Source: Promethearchaeota archaeon
GTDB lineage: Archaea > Asgardarchaeota > Lokiarchaeia > Sigyniarchaeales > SOKP01
DNA length: 55,413 nt
NCBI GenBank assembly: GCA_019057795.1
Contig: JAHLWS010000008.1
Span: 1 to 55,413 of the forward strand
Direction: 5' to 3'
The translations under genes and the position numbers were made by a program. Position 1 is the first letter of the stretch. Each line of letters opens with the position of its first letter. This document shows positions 19,445 through 29,314 of this stretch, in pieces. The notes under the pieces were generated by a model. That model did not search any database, was not told where the DNA came from, and was given only the letters and a program-made list of their open reading frames with translations.

Positions 19445-19595
19445 AATAATCTGCTTTTAATGATAAAATAACACATTCCAAGATTTCCTACACTCTTTTG
19501 CAGTTTTGGCTTAATTACTTCCCTTATCCTATAATCTTTGAACTATTTTTCATCGGAGATATGTTATAACATATTTTCCATTTAATAAAAAGAAT

Positions 19596-20843
19596 TTATT
19601 TTTTTCTTATTTCTTTATAGTATTTTATAGTTTTAAGAAACTCTATCGTTTCTGGAATTAACTTGGTATCTTTATTTAATCTTCCTTCGTGATATACAAA
19701 CAAGACCTGGTCTTCAAACAAATTTTTAGCTTTATTGTACTTAAAAGCAGGTACATAGCCTGTTGGTTTAAATCCGGCGTTAAAGAAAATTGTTTGATGT
19801 GCGGGATTATAAGCGGATAAATATGCTTCAAAATAGCGTAGTCTCAATTCCTGAGTTATTGATTTTATCTCTTCTATAAACACATATAACTCCTCTAAAG
19901 TTGAAACTTTATAAACCACTTTTTCTGCGATACAGATATTATCGTAGTGTAAAAATTCAAAGAAAGAATTGGTACCTTTTATCGAAATAGTAATAAGCTC
20001 GTTACCAAACTTGTCTCTTTCAACTTTTCTCTTTAAAAGCGAGTTTATCTTTACTATTTTATGCTTATCCAATTCCGACTCTAAATTATCGTAATTCTTT
20101 ATCGTAGGCAGTTCTAAACTATATTTTTGAAAAGCGTGAAAATAACAGAAAATCGCCTGAGATATTATTTTAGGTTTTTCAGAGCTTCTGTAATTAAATA
20201 GCGCTTTCCGATTGTAAATAATAAATAAGATTTCTGATTCAGAATGGTTAAAAAACATGTCCTTATTAGGAAGAAACGCCGTTGGCTTAAATCCTGCTAA
20301 CTTTGCTAGATATTGGATACTAGAAAAACTTGAGCGAATTTCAGCAAACCAAATGAATATTTGATCTTTAAATTTATACATAGGAGCTATCTCACAGGCG
20401 ATACTTGCAGTGGATATGTCTGCATTATGCTGATAATTCTTTCTAAAGGCGAAACCAAAAAAATTTCCGATTTTATTTTCAAAATCAAGGTGAAGGCCAA
20501 TACAACCTATTGCTTTATCGGGTTTAAATCTAAAAAGTATCCAATAATAATTAGGACTTCTTATCATGCTCCGAATTTCAGAGATATCCTCCATTCTTTT
20601 ATAAGGATAAGTATTTTCGTAAACTTCCTTGAAGATATTTGTGATTTCCTCTGCGTCCTCTTCTGTGGCAAACTTTAATGAGGGAATTCTCTTTCCGTTC
20701 CTTATGGAGTTTTCAAATTCATACCCTTTTTCTAAATCCATTTCCCTTGAGTAACGATATTTGTTGAGCATATCCTCAATAGTAATGATATCCTCTTTAG
20801 ATTTAGAAACACTTTTAGAAAACAATATTAAATGGTCATCCAT
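19596..20843 (-). CDS. GNAT-fold protein (probably tandem GNAT)
   Basis: FATEEDAEEITNIFKEVYENTYPY; repeated AGFKPTAFLP and AGFKPTGYVP GNAT C-terminal motifs. Confidence 0.65.
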   Translation of the reverse strand: MDDHLILFSKSVSKSKEDIITIEDMLNKYRYSREMDLEKGYEFENSIRNGKRIPSLKFATEEDAEEITNIFKEVYENTYPYKRMEDISEIRSMIRSPNYYWILFRFKPDKAIGCIGLHLDFENKIGNFFGFAFRKNYQHNADISTASIACEIAPMYKFKDQIFIWFAEIRSSFSSIQYLAKLAGFKPTAFLPNKDMFFNHSESEILFIIYNRKALFNYRSSEKPKIISQAIFCYFHAFQKYSLELPTIKNYDNLESELDKHKIVKINSLLKRKVERDKFGNELITISIKGTNSFFEFLHYDNICIAEKVVYKVSTLEELYVFIEEIKSITQELRLRYFEAYLSAYNPAHQTIFFNAGFKPTGYVPAFKYNKAKNLFEDQVLFVYHEGRLNKDTKLIPETIEFLKTIKYYKEIRKK

Positions 20844-21383
20844 GAACTACTTAACATTATTATTATTTTATTATTAAATTTATGGAATATATGGAAGATA
20901 ACTTATTATGACAACTTATAAAGGAAAAATTTTATAGGTTTAAATTTTTCTCCAAATTTGTTTTATAAACAGTAATTACGATTTTTTTAATACTATTTAT
21001 TGGAATATTAATTAAAATTTGGAAGGTATTCCCATATGTCATTAGATATATCCCTAATTTTAAGCTTATATGGCGTTTAATAACCTTGCTCTTAATTGCC
21101 ATTTCAGAATTTTTAATTTATTAGGGAATAGGATTAAATTTATAATTCAACTCTAAAGCCATAATTCAAAACATTTCTCATAAAGTTTTCTTTTTTGTAA
21201 AAATTCGGCTTGGAAAGAAAACCCATGAAAATTATTGTTTTAATTAAATAGCTCCTTTTTTAATAGTTCGAAGTTTGAGTAAAGTTCACGATTCGAAACT
21301 ATTAATAGCATCATACTTATCAGATACTAAAAGAAATGGAATTTAAGTATTTAGAATCAAATTATTAGGAGTTTTGAAAAAAT

Positions 21384-22679
21384 ATGGAAGAATTAACTAC
21401 GAAAAAAACGTTTAGGCATTACCTTTATTTTATGTTTGGGCAACAGTTTTCGCTGTAGGGCTCAGGAATTGTTGGATTTGTAATAGCGTGGTGGATTACG
21501 ATTGAAACACAGAGTGCTATATTTCTTTCAATCGCAGTATTTTTAATATTTTTACCTCAAGTTATTGTTTCGCCATTCGCAGGCGTTTTAGCTGATAGGA
21601 TGAACCGTAAAACGATAATCTTTATGGTAGATTCTCTTCAAGCGGTTTTAACATTTGTTCTGTTTCTATTTTTCTTTATAGGATATATTAATATTTTGAT
21701 GATATTTGTAATACATACTTTGCGCAGCGTTCTTTTTGCGTTTCAGGTACCAGCATTTCAAGCGATTATTCCATCCATGGTCCCAAAAGAAAGATTACCT
21801 CGAATTAATGGACTAAATTTTCTTATTTCGGGAGTAGTTTTTATAATAGGGCCCTTATTATCGGCAATACTTTTATAGTTGTTTCCAATAACATTTATCT
21901 TTTTAATCGATGTTCTAACCTTCGTTATTGCGCTTATTCCGTTGCTATTAATAACAATCCCCAATGAAGCGAAATCCTTGAAGGAGTCAGAATCAGAGAA
22001 GAAATCGTTTACAAGAGAATTTAAGGAAGGCTTTATTGTCGTAAAAGCAGTACCAGGTCTCTTAAGCATGATAGTATTTGCTATGATTTTTAACTTCATA
22101 AATAGACCTTTTAATGTATTATGGCCTTACTTTATAAACATAACCCATGATGGAACAGCGCTTAATTTGGCGTTACTTTTTGGTTCTATGCAGATAGGAA
22201 GACTGCTTGGTTCTTTAATTACATCAATCAAAAAAGAGTGGAATCATAAGATCAAAATTAATTTAATTGGAGTAACGATATTTTTTGCCGCGTATTTACT
22301 AATAAGTTTTGCACCCTATCAATCGTTTAATTTAATGATGATTGGTGGATTCCTCGGTGCCATAATCTTTCCAATAACAGTAGCTACCTATTTAACGATA
22401 TTACAAACAGTAGTTCCTTCGGACAAAATAGGAAGGGTTATGTCAATAGATCATACGATATCTATGGCAATAGCACCTATTGGTGCTCTAATGGCGGGGC
22501 CTATGGCGGATTTAATGGGAATAAATACTCTTTTTATTATTTGCGCTTTTATAGGGATAATTTATCCCGTTCTCTTATGGTTTTTCACAAAGATTAGATA
22601 TCTCGAATATCCTCAAGAAAAGAAAATAGAAGTTGTGCGTAAACAAGAAATTATTGAATTAAAAGCTCAAGAAGCTTAA
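21384..22679 (+). pseudogene. MFS transporter (MefA/DHA3-like) interrupted by two in-frame TAG codons
   Basis: One frame from ATG 21384 (MEELTTKKTFRHYLYFMFGQQFSL*GSGIVG...PFAGVLADRMNRK...SAILL*LFPI) with TAG at 21456-21458 and 21876-21878. Confidence 0.8.
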
Positions 22680-22756
22680 TTTTTTTTTTTTATTTTAATT
22701 TTAATCTAAAAATCTGGTTAAATAATTTTTTATAAGACTATAGTAATAATTATACT

Positions 22757-23563
22757 ATGGAAGAAAACAAAGTAGAGGGAAAAGCAAATTCCGATTTTGA
22801 GCAGAAAAAAGGGCAAGTTGTGGAACTTCCCATTTTAGACTTCCTCAAAATTAATTTTATTAGCTTCTTGGTTCCTCTTTATGCATGTTTAGGGCTTTTT
22901 TTACTATTTGAATACGGTTTTATTATCTATTTTTCAATTCCACAAATAATTCATTTCTTAATACTCCCTGGTTTCCTATTATTTCTTTATTTTCTTTATC
23001 TTATTTTATTAATTGAGTTCACAGCATTATGGGTTCAACGATGGAGTAAAAGGTCTCCTCCCAAAGAAGGAGTTTTCAAACGGGTTTTAGACGATGTTAA
23101 TAGCGAAGAAGGAAAGATGATGAAGTATTACCACAAAAGAGGATTCATAATAAAATATCCGATGTGGTTGACTTCCAAATCGCCTTTTCCTTGGCTCGTG
23201 AATCGCACGCTAAGAAGGATCAGTCATAATAAAATCGGAAAGAACGTAATTTATTGCGATTCCTACGTAGGTTTAGAATTCACAGATTTAGGAGATAACG
23301 TCTTCTTCTACCCTACATCTGCATTGTCGAGTCACGCCGTCAATACGATCTTTGGAAAGATAAGTATGATGGAAATAAAACTTGGAAAAAACACGACGTT
23401 CTATCCTGGAATAATTGCCGGTCCCAACGCTTTAACAAAGGATAATAATGTTATCTTTCCAAATACGGTATTACATAAAAATTGGAGAGGGAAACCAGAT
23501 AAATATTATTACCAAGGAAGCCCCGGAAGACCCATAGAAATCAACCATTTGGAAAAAAGATAA
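22757..23563 (+). CDS. Membrane protein with a C-terminal left-handed beta-helix (acyltransferase-like) domain
   Basis: Two TM helices, PPKEGVF, hexapeptide-like KIGKNV/DLGDNV/KLGKNT, terminal YQGSPGRPI. Confidence 0.6.
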   Translation: MEENKVEGKANSDFEQKKGQVVELPILDFLKINFISFLVPLYACLGLFLLFEYGFIIYFSIPQIIHFLILPGFLLFLYFLYLILLIEFTALWVQRWSKRSPPKEGVFKRVLDDVNSEEGKMMKYYHKRGFIIKYPMWLTSKSPFPWLVNRTLRRISHNKIGKNVIYCDSYVGLEFTDLGDNVFFYPTSALSSHAVNTIFGKISMMEIKLGKNTTFYPGIIAGPNALTKDNNVIFPNTVLHKNWRGKPDKYYYQGSPGRPIEINHLEKR

Positions 23564-23589
23564 AATTTTTCTTACAATTTTATTTTAAA

Positions 23590-25089
23590 TTAAGATGATT
23601 GTATAGTTTCAATTTTTGGGAATTTTCCATGCTTTTGCAAGAATTCTCGATAGGAATTCACCTTATCTAAAACAGAACCCGCAAGTTCTAACGATTCGAA
23701 AACAGGAACATTGCGATTTAACAATTTTAGCTTAAATTTGTATCGACTTTTATACGCTTCGAATCCTTCGTTTATTTTTAACATAACGCAATACATTGGT
23801 TTTGTACACGCGCTTTTTGCTTTAGAAATGTATCTTATAAATTCTCTGTTTAAATCGAGCCCTTTATACCCCAATTCATCTAAAATTTCCTCAAACCCTC
23901 CAAATCTTTCGGGATCTTTAACAAAGATAATAGAAGAAATGTTAGGGTCTTTATCTAGCGCTAAAATTGTACGATAATAGGTGTTTGGTTGGATTCCCAT
24001 TCCGCCTAGATCTATTGGATTTGTTAAGTTAGTATTTACATCTGGGATGAATCTTTTCATTTTATTCATTGTCTTCTCTGATAATTGGGGTATTTTTAAA
24101 TTATATTTTTCTAATATGTCTATTGCCTCAATCGTGGAACCACCACCAATTCCAATCGCCCCTACATTGCGCGTGTTTGGTAAGCGAGTTAAATTAAAGG
24201 CAGAAGCTAGCGCGGCAAGCTCGTTTGAATTACTTGCTATACAACTACCTGTTTGCTTCCCTACTGCCTTCCAAATTTCATTGTTCCCGGCTAAACCTCC
24301 AGTGTGAGATAAAATTGCTTTCTTTGTTGCCTCGCCATATCCGGCCCTCCAAAGAATTACGGGTTTCCTATTTAAATTACATTTCTTAACTATTTCCATA
24401 AATTTCCGTCCCTGTTCGATTGATCTCAAGTTCTCAATGTATAAACCAATAATTTTGGTGTGTTCGTCAGTTAAGAAATATTCTAAAAATTCTACTGGAG
24501 ATAAATCTAACGAATTACCGATTGAAATCGATTTTGAGGTATATAATCCATATGAAACGATAAGCTGAGAGATATTTTGAGCAATTCCACCAGATTGAAA
24601 TATTCCACCAAAGTTACCTGATTTTCTGGATTGCTCAAAAGCGAAATAGAGCCCTCCTTTTGGATTGTATACGCCGATACAGTTAGGTCCTATAATTCGG
24701 ATGTTATATTTTCGAGCAACTTGTATTGTTTGGTTTTCCAGCGACTGGTTTCCTACTTCGCGGAAACCGGAAGAGAAAATGGTGCAAAAAGGGACATTTC
24801 TCTGACCGATCTCCTCCAATAATTTAGGAACCAGACGTGAAGGGACGGCTAATATGACGTAATCGATGGGTTCCGAAATATCTAAAATAGAGTTATAGAC
24901 TTTATGACCTAAGAGCTCTTTTCCAGCTAATCGAGGATTAAATAAATACATCGGTCCTCGAAACTTATCTTTCATTGCCCGGACGAAAAAGCCACCCCCT
25001 GCTGGATCCCAGCTCGCTCCAATAATTCCAATAGATCTTGGAAAGAATAATCTATTAAAATCAATTTTTGATTCTTGTAATGTAGACAT
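23590..25089 (-). CDS. ADP-forming acyl-CoA synthetase alpha subunit (CoA-binding protein)
   Basis: FFPRSIGIIGAS, RIIGPNCIG, QSGG, SIGN, phospho-His SHTGGLAG, NPIDL. Confidence 0.85.
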   Translation of the reverse strand: MSTLQESKIDFNRLFFPRSIGIIGASWDPAGGGFFVRAMKDKFRGPMYLFNPRLAGKELLGHKVYNSILDISEPIDYVILAVPSRLVPKLLEEIGQRNVPFCTIFSSGFREVGNQSLENQTIQVARKYNIRIIGPNCIGVYNPKGGLYFAFEQSRKSGNFGGIFQSGGIAQNISQLIVSYGLYTSKSISIGNSLDLSPVEFLEYFLTDEHTKIIGLYIENLRSIEQGRKFMEIVKKCNLNRKPVILWRAGYGEATKKAILSHTGGLAGNNEIWKAVGKQTGSCIASNSNELAALASAFNLTRLPNTRNVGAIGIGGGSTIEAIDILEKYNLKIPQLSEKTMNKMKRFIPDVNTNLTNPIDLGGMGIQPNTYYRTILALDKDPNISSIIFVKDPERFGGFEEILDELGYKGLDLNREFIRYISKAKSACTKPMYCVMLKINEGFEAYKSRYKFKLKLLNRNVPVFESLELAGSVLDKVNSYREFLQKHGKFPKIETIQSS

Positions 25090-25193
25090 ATAAAAACAGC
25101 TTAAAATTACTTCTAATAATAGGTTTAATAATAATTTTTAACTAAAATATTTTATTATGGCTTAACGGGGAAATTATCTTTCATGAAAAAATA

Positions 25194-25919
25194 TCAGGCG
25201 ACTCTTCCTAGTAATTCATTGGCCATTGAAATATCATCAGTAAAAATTCCATCGACCCCAAGTTCTATTAAACGCTCCATAACATCCTTATCGTTTACCG
25301 TCCAAACATTGACTTTAAGATTGTTATCATGAGCAAAATCTACGATTTCTTTATCAGCTATATTATAATGTGGATGAATTGCGTAAAATTTTTTATCAAT
25401 TGCTTTTAAAATTTTTCTTTTAATTTGGCTAACTCGCACAAGTTCTGCGGGTAACAAAAAACCTAGCTTTAATTTAGGCTCTAAATTTTTCAACTTCACT
25501 AACTCGTCAAATGCAAAACAGCTAACAATTGAAGTATTTACAAGATTTTCTTCTTTTAAAAGTTTAATTAATTTCTCAAGTAGACCACTCGATTTAATTT
25601 CTATTTGCAAACCCACTTTCTCTTTTGCAACTTTTATTAATTCTAATAAAGTAGGGATTTTTTCGCCTTCGCCTGCATTTAATTTTTTAATTTCTTCCAA
25701 AGTCATATCTTTAATCAATCCTTGGACGCCTGTAGTGCTTAAGGTATCTGAATCGTGAATTATGACAATTTCGCCATCTTTAGTTTTATGTATATCAAAT
25801 TCTACCATATCAGCTTTTAATTCAATTGCTTTCATAAAAGCCTTTAACGTGTTTTCAGGAGCGATCGCGCTTGCGCCTTTATGTCCAATTATTAAAATAT
25901 CTTTTTTTTTTATTGTCAT
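25194..25919 (-). CDS. Glycerophosphodiester phosphodiesterase
   Basis: IIGHKGAS..APENTL, EFDIH.TKDG, HD, IPTL, EIK, WTVN, DGIFTD. Confidence 0.92.
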   Translation of the reverse strand: MTIKKKDILIIGHKGASAIAPENTLKAFMKAIELKADMVEFDIHKTKDGEIVIIHDSDTLSTTGVQGLIKDMTLEEIKKLNAGEGEKIPTLLELIKVAKEKVGLQIEIKSSGLLEKLIKLLKEENLVNTSIVSCFAFDELVKLKNLEPKLKLGFLLPAELVRVSQIKRKILKAIDKKFYAIHPHYNIADKEIVDFAHDNNLKVNVWTVNDKDVMERLIELGVDGIFTDDISMANELLGRVA

Positions 25920-25938
25920 TAATATATTCCCCTAGAAT

Positions 25939-26673
25939 TTAAGAAAATGATTTTAAGATATCTTTCGCCCGAGAAATATCATTAGTAATTATGCCATCAA
26001 CACCTAACCTTATAAGTTTCTTAATAGACACCTTTGAATCAACCGTCCACGGAAAAACCTTTATGTTATTATCGTGAGCAAAATCTACAAACTGCTGATT
26101 TACCATCATTACTAAAGGATTAATCGCGTAGATGTTATTATCTATACAATACTGAATCATTTCTTTTTTTTTATCCCAATCAATCTTTATTGTGCCTGGA
26201 GTTGGTTCTAGTGAAGCTAATTTTAGGGATGACTCAATCTTTTGAATTTTTAATAGCTCATCGTGTATAAATGAACTCACTAATGTTGTGCCTATAATAT
26301 CATATTCTCTAAAAATATGAATAACTTCTTCTGTAATTCCTTCTACTTTTATTTCGCAATTTAAACCAATTTTATTTTTTGTCAGTTCAACTAATTCTTG
26401 CAAAGTTGGAATTTTTTCAGACTCTCCAAAGTTCAATTTTCTCAATTCGTTCAGCGTCATATCTTTTATTAATCCATCTTTACCAGTTATTCTTTTAATT
26501 TCTTCGTCATGTGTAACTACTAGAACTCCATCTCGAGTTTCTTGGACATCAAACTCCACATAGTCAGCTTTTAATTCAATAGCTTTTTGAAACGCTTTTA
26601 GTGTATTTTCGGGTGAAACCGAGCTTGCACCACGATGGCCTATTATTAGAATTTTTTTTTCGCTTTCAATCAT
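25939..26673 (-). CDS. Glycerophosphodiester phosphodiesterase (tandem paralog)
   Basis: IIGHRGAS..SPENTL, EFDVQ.TRDG, HD, IPTL, EIK, WTVD, DGIITND. Confidence 0.92.
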   Translation of the reverse strand: MIESEKKILIIGHRGASSVSPENTLKAFQKAIELKADYVEFDVQETRDGVLVVTHDEEIKRITGKDGLIKDMTLNELRKLNFGESEKIPTLQELVELTKNKIGLNCEIKVEGITEEVIHIFREYDIIGTTLVSSFIHDELLKIQKIESSLKLASLEPTPGTIKIDWDKKKEMIQYCIDNNIYAINPLVMMVNQQFVDFAHDNNIKVFPWTVDSKVSIKKLIRLGVDGIITNDISRAKDILKSFS

Positions 26674-27016
26674 CTTATAAATCTCACTTAAATCTTGTTA
26701 TTGCTAAAGAAATTTAATATTACTTTTTAATTAAATTTTTATTTTAGCAAATTAAAAACTATTAACTCAGAAAAATATGACTTCTGATAATTTATACTTT
26801 CACAAACAAACTTCCCATAACCAATTATTAGTTATACAATAAGATTGTAAAACAAAAATTTAAATACTCAATTACGGCAACAAGTATTGGTCGCCATTAA
26901 ATTTATAAATATAGAATATTTTAATAATTAATTGATAGAAGATTATTGTATAATACTAACAAGTAATAAGAAAGCGTAAAATTTTTAAAGAAAAAAATTT
27001 GGTGGTTAACGAAATT

Positions 27017-27268
27017 ATGAGGTTTTGCCCAGATTGCGATAATATCCTGATACCTAAAAACAAAAAACTATACTGCAAAGCGTGCGATAAAGAATTTGAG
27101 ATAGATCCAAACAATAACGATTATAATATAGTTAAAACGATAAAACACGACGATAAAGAAGCAGCTCCTGTAGTGATAAAGAATGATATTGCGAGATCGA
27201 GGATTTCTGCTCAAGATAGGAAAGCTTTTGAAGAATTCTTCGATGTGGGCGATGGCAATGGGTATTAG
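27017..27268 (+). CDS. TFS/RpoM-like protein with only the N-terminal zinc ribbon
   Basis: MRFCPDCDNILIP....LYCKAC matches the N-terminal ribbon of TFS/RPB9; no second Zn ribbon. The track start (26999) is a TTG; ATG 27017 is preferred. Confidence 0.65.
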   Translation: MRFCPDCDNILIPKNKKLYCKACDKEFEIDPNNNDYNIVKTIKHDDKEAAPVVIKNDIARSRISAQDRKAFEEFFDVGDGNGY

Positions 27269-27404
27269 TTTTACGGAGATAAACTATTATATTTTATTCA
27301 TTCCATCTTCCTTATTTTAAATTCTAGATTTAGTAGAAAATAGATATTTTTAACTTTCATATTAGATTTAATTTAAGTGGGATATTTTTTTAAAATATTG
27401 AAAG

Positions 27405-27812
27405 TTGATTAAAATGGCTGAAGAAAAAAAGAAACGTTTAAAAGGGTTTGCTAAGGTCGTAGCTAAAGAAGTCGAAGTTTTAAATACTATTGAGCAGTTT
27501 AAGGAAGATTTTAAGGATTCTGAATTAAAAATTCTCTTAAACGCCAAAGATGGAAAATACGCCGCCTTGTTAGTAATCGATAAAGGCAAAGTTTATGTAG
27601 AAAGTATTGAAAACAACCCAAAGGAAAACATCAAGAAGAAGAATGCTGGATGGGATGGTTTTCTACAAGCAAAAATGCAACTTTTTGTAGAACTTCTAGG
27701 TGGAGGGGATATTTCGACGGGATCTATAATCTGGAAGATTCTTACCTTCCGAATCAAAATTAAGGGAATTAAAAACGTTCTAACTCTAATGAAATTATTT
27801 GAATATGAATAA
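27405..27812 (+). CDS. Hypothetical protein, possible SCP2/sterol-carrier-like fold
   Basis: Pattern ...LVIDKGKVYV...WDGFLQA...F..LLGG...IKIKG resembles SCP2-like proteins. Confidence 0.5.
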   Translation: MIKMAEEKKKRLKGFAKVVAKEVEVLNTIEQFKEDFKDSELKILLNAKDGKYAALLVIDKGKVYVESIENNPKENIKKKNAGWDGFLQAKMQLFVELLGGGDISTGSIIWKILTFRIKIKGIKNVLTLMKLFEYE

Positions 27813-27881
27813 ACTTTTGTAAGAATTTCATAAGATCAAAATTAAAGATAAGAATTTGATTTTTTCTTTTTTTTTCTAATT

Positions 27882-28313
27882 TTAAATTTCTAATTTGAAT
27901 ACGTTAATTAATGATAGCATTTTTTCTTTTAATCCTTCAGAGGCTTCATCTTTGACAGATTGAATAAGTACATTTTTATCTTGGTCAGAGATATCATGAA
28001 ATCTATCAAGAAAGAGTCTCAAGTAGAGAACTTTTTTTGAGGGATTTTTCTGGATATTGGAAACGAGATTATCAATTATGGAATTGATCGAAATAATTTC
28101 TGAGCTTACCGATTCAGAAACACAAACATTTTCTTTAGAAAAGCCATGTTCTTTAATAATCCTATTTTTTTCAATAATATCGCTGGTTATCTCTTTGAGA
28201 AGATCAGTTCGTGAGGTGATTGTTAAGTTTGAAAGAAATTCTTCCATTTCTCTGTTTTTTTTCTCAATATCCTTAATCATCAAAAGCGTTTTGTTTACTT
28301 TTTCCTGATTCAT
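27882..28313 (-). CDS. Hypothetical helical protein
   Basis: 143-aa ORF with ATG start and typical composition; no motif recognised. Confidence 0.6.
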   Translation of the reverse strand: MNQEKVNKTLLMIKDIEKKNREMEEFLSNLTITSRTDLLKEITSDIIEKNRIIKEHGFSKENVCVSESVSSEIISINSIIDNLVSNIQKNPSKKVLYLRLFLDRFHDISDQDKNVLIQSVKDEASEGLKEKMLSLINVFKLEI

Positions 28314-28367
28314 ATATAGACTAGACTAGTCTAAATTTTTAAATTTTTCCTTACTTATTTTATTGGT

Positions 28368-29093
28368 ATGGATAAACTAATTATAGGAGATAAATTAAAA
28401 CTGTTTCAAGAGTTTATAAATTATCAATTTCAAAACCCCGAAATACTACTCGAAGCCTTAACAACACCTCAATTTGGGAATGAAAATAATTTAGCTCATT
28501 ATGAAATTTTAGAAACTCTCGGAGATGCGGTGATAAAATTAATCTTTAGCTTAAAAATATATAATTCAGGTGAAAATGATCCTGGCAGATTAACGAAAAC
28601 AAAACAATGTTTAGAAGATAACCAGACCTTTTTAAAGGTAGCTACCGAAATGAAATTATGGAAATATATTATTTCATCAAAGAAACAGAAAGTCAGGGGC
28701 ACTTCAATTTTATCCGATGTTATTGAGTCAATATGCGGTGCTATTTATATTGATTCTGGAAATAACATCGAAATTGTTGAGCAAAAAATAATTAACGCCT
28801 ATTTCTATGATTGGGATGCTTTAATAAAGGAGTCATCCAATTTATACAAAAACCAACTCTTAGAATACTTACAAGACATATTCAAAATAACGCCCACAAT
28901 TAAATTTGAATATGAAAAGTTAGGTCCAGACAATGACGCTCTTTGGATTGTGAAAAATCCTCAGATTTTAGATAAAAAACAAAATAAAATATTAAATCTT
29001 CCCGATAATTTGAGATCAGAAAAATTTAGAAAAATAAAAGATGCTGAAAAAGATCTCAGTTTAAAAGTATTAAAATATTTACAATCGAAGTGA
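28368..29093 (+). CDS. rnc: Ribonuclease III family protein (RIII domain + dsRBD-like C-terminus)
   Basis: YEILETLGDAVIKL signature and LSDVIESICGAIYIDSG (acidic catalytic residues intact); C-terminal YKNQLLEYLQ...GPD...KDAEK. Confidence 0.85.
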   Translation: MDKLIIGDKLKLFQEFINYQFQNPEILLEALTTPQFGNENNLAHYEILETLGDAVIKLIFSLKIYNSGENDPGRLTKTKQCLEDNQTFLKVATEMKLWKYIISSKKQKVRGTSILSDVIESICGAIYIDSGNNIEIVEQKIINAYFYDWDALIKESSNLYKNQLLEYLQDIFKITPTIKFEYEKLGPDNDALWIVKNPQILDKKQNKILNLPDNLRSEKFRKIKDAEKDLSLKVLKYLQSK

Positions 29094-29314
29094 CTCCTGA
29101 GTTTAGTTAATATCCTATATTGCCATATACTTTTAAAGTACATTTGAAAAGAAATGAAAGCCGTCTAAATGTTCGAACAAATTAGAATCTTAAGGTTTAA
29201 AGCCTTTTTATACTTTCTTTTCTTACAGTATTAAAATTTATTTAATCATGTATTAGATTATTTTTAATTATAATTTTCATATCTAAATTTTTTAATTTTA
29301 ACGGGTTAAACTTT

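Noticed and set aside
21384-22679. Genome-wide TAG recoding
   Set aside because: TAG terminates apparently complete genes here (e.g. at 11765, 27268, 51593, 52283, 53234), and the gelsolin-like gene is broken by TAA rather than TAG.
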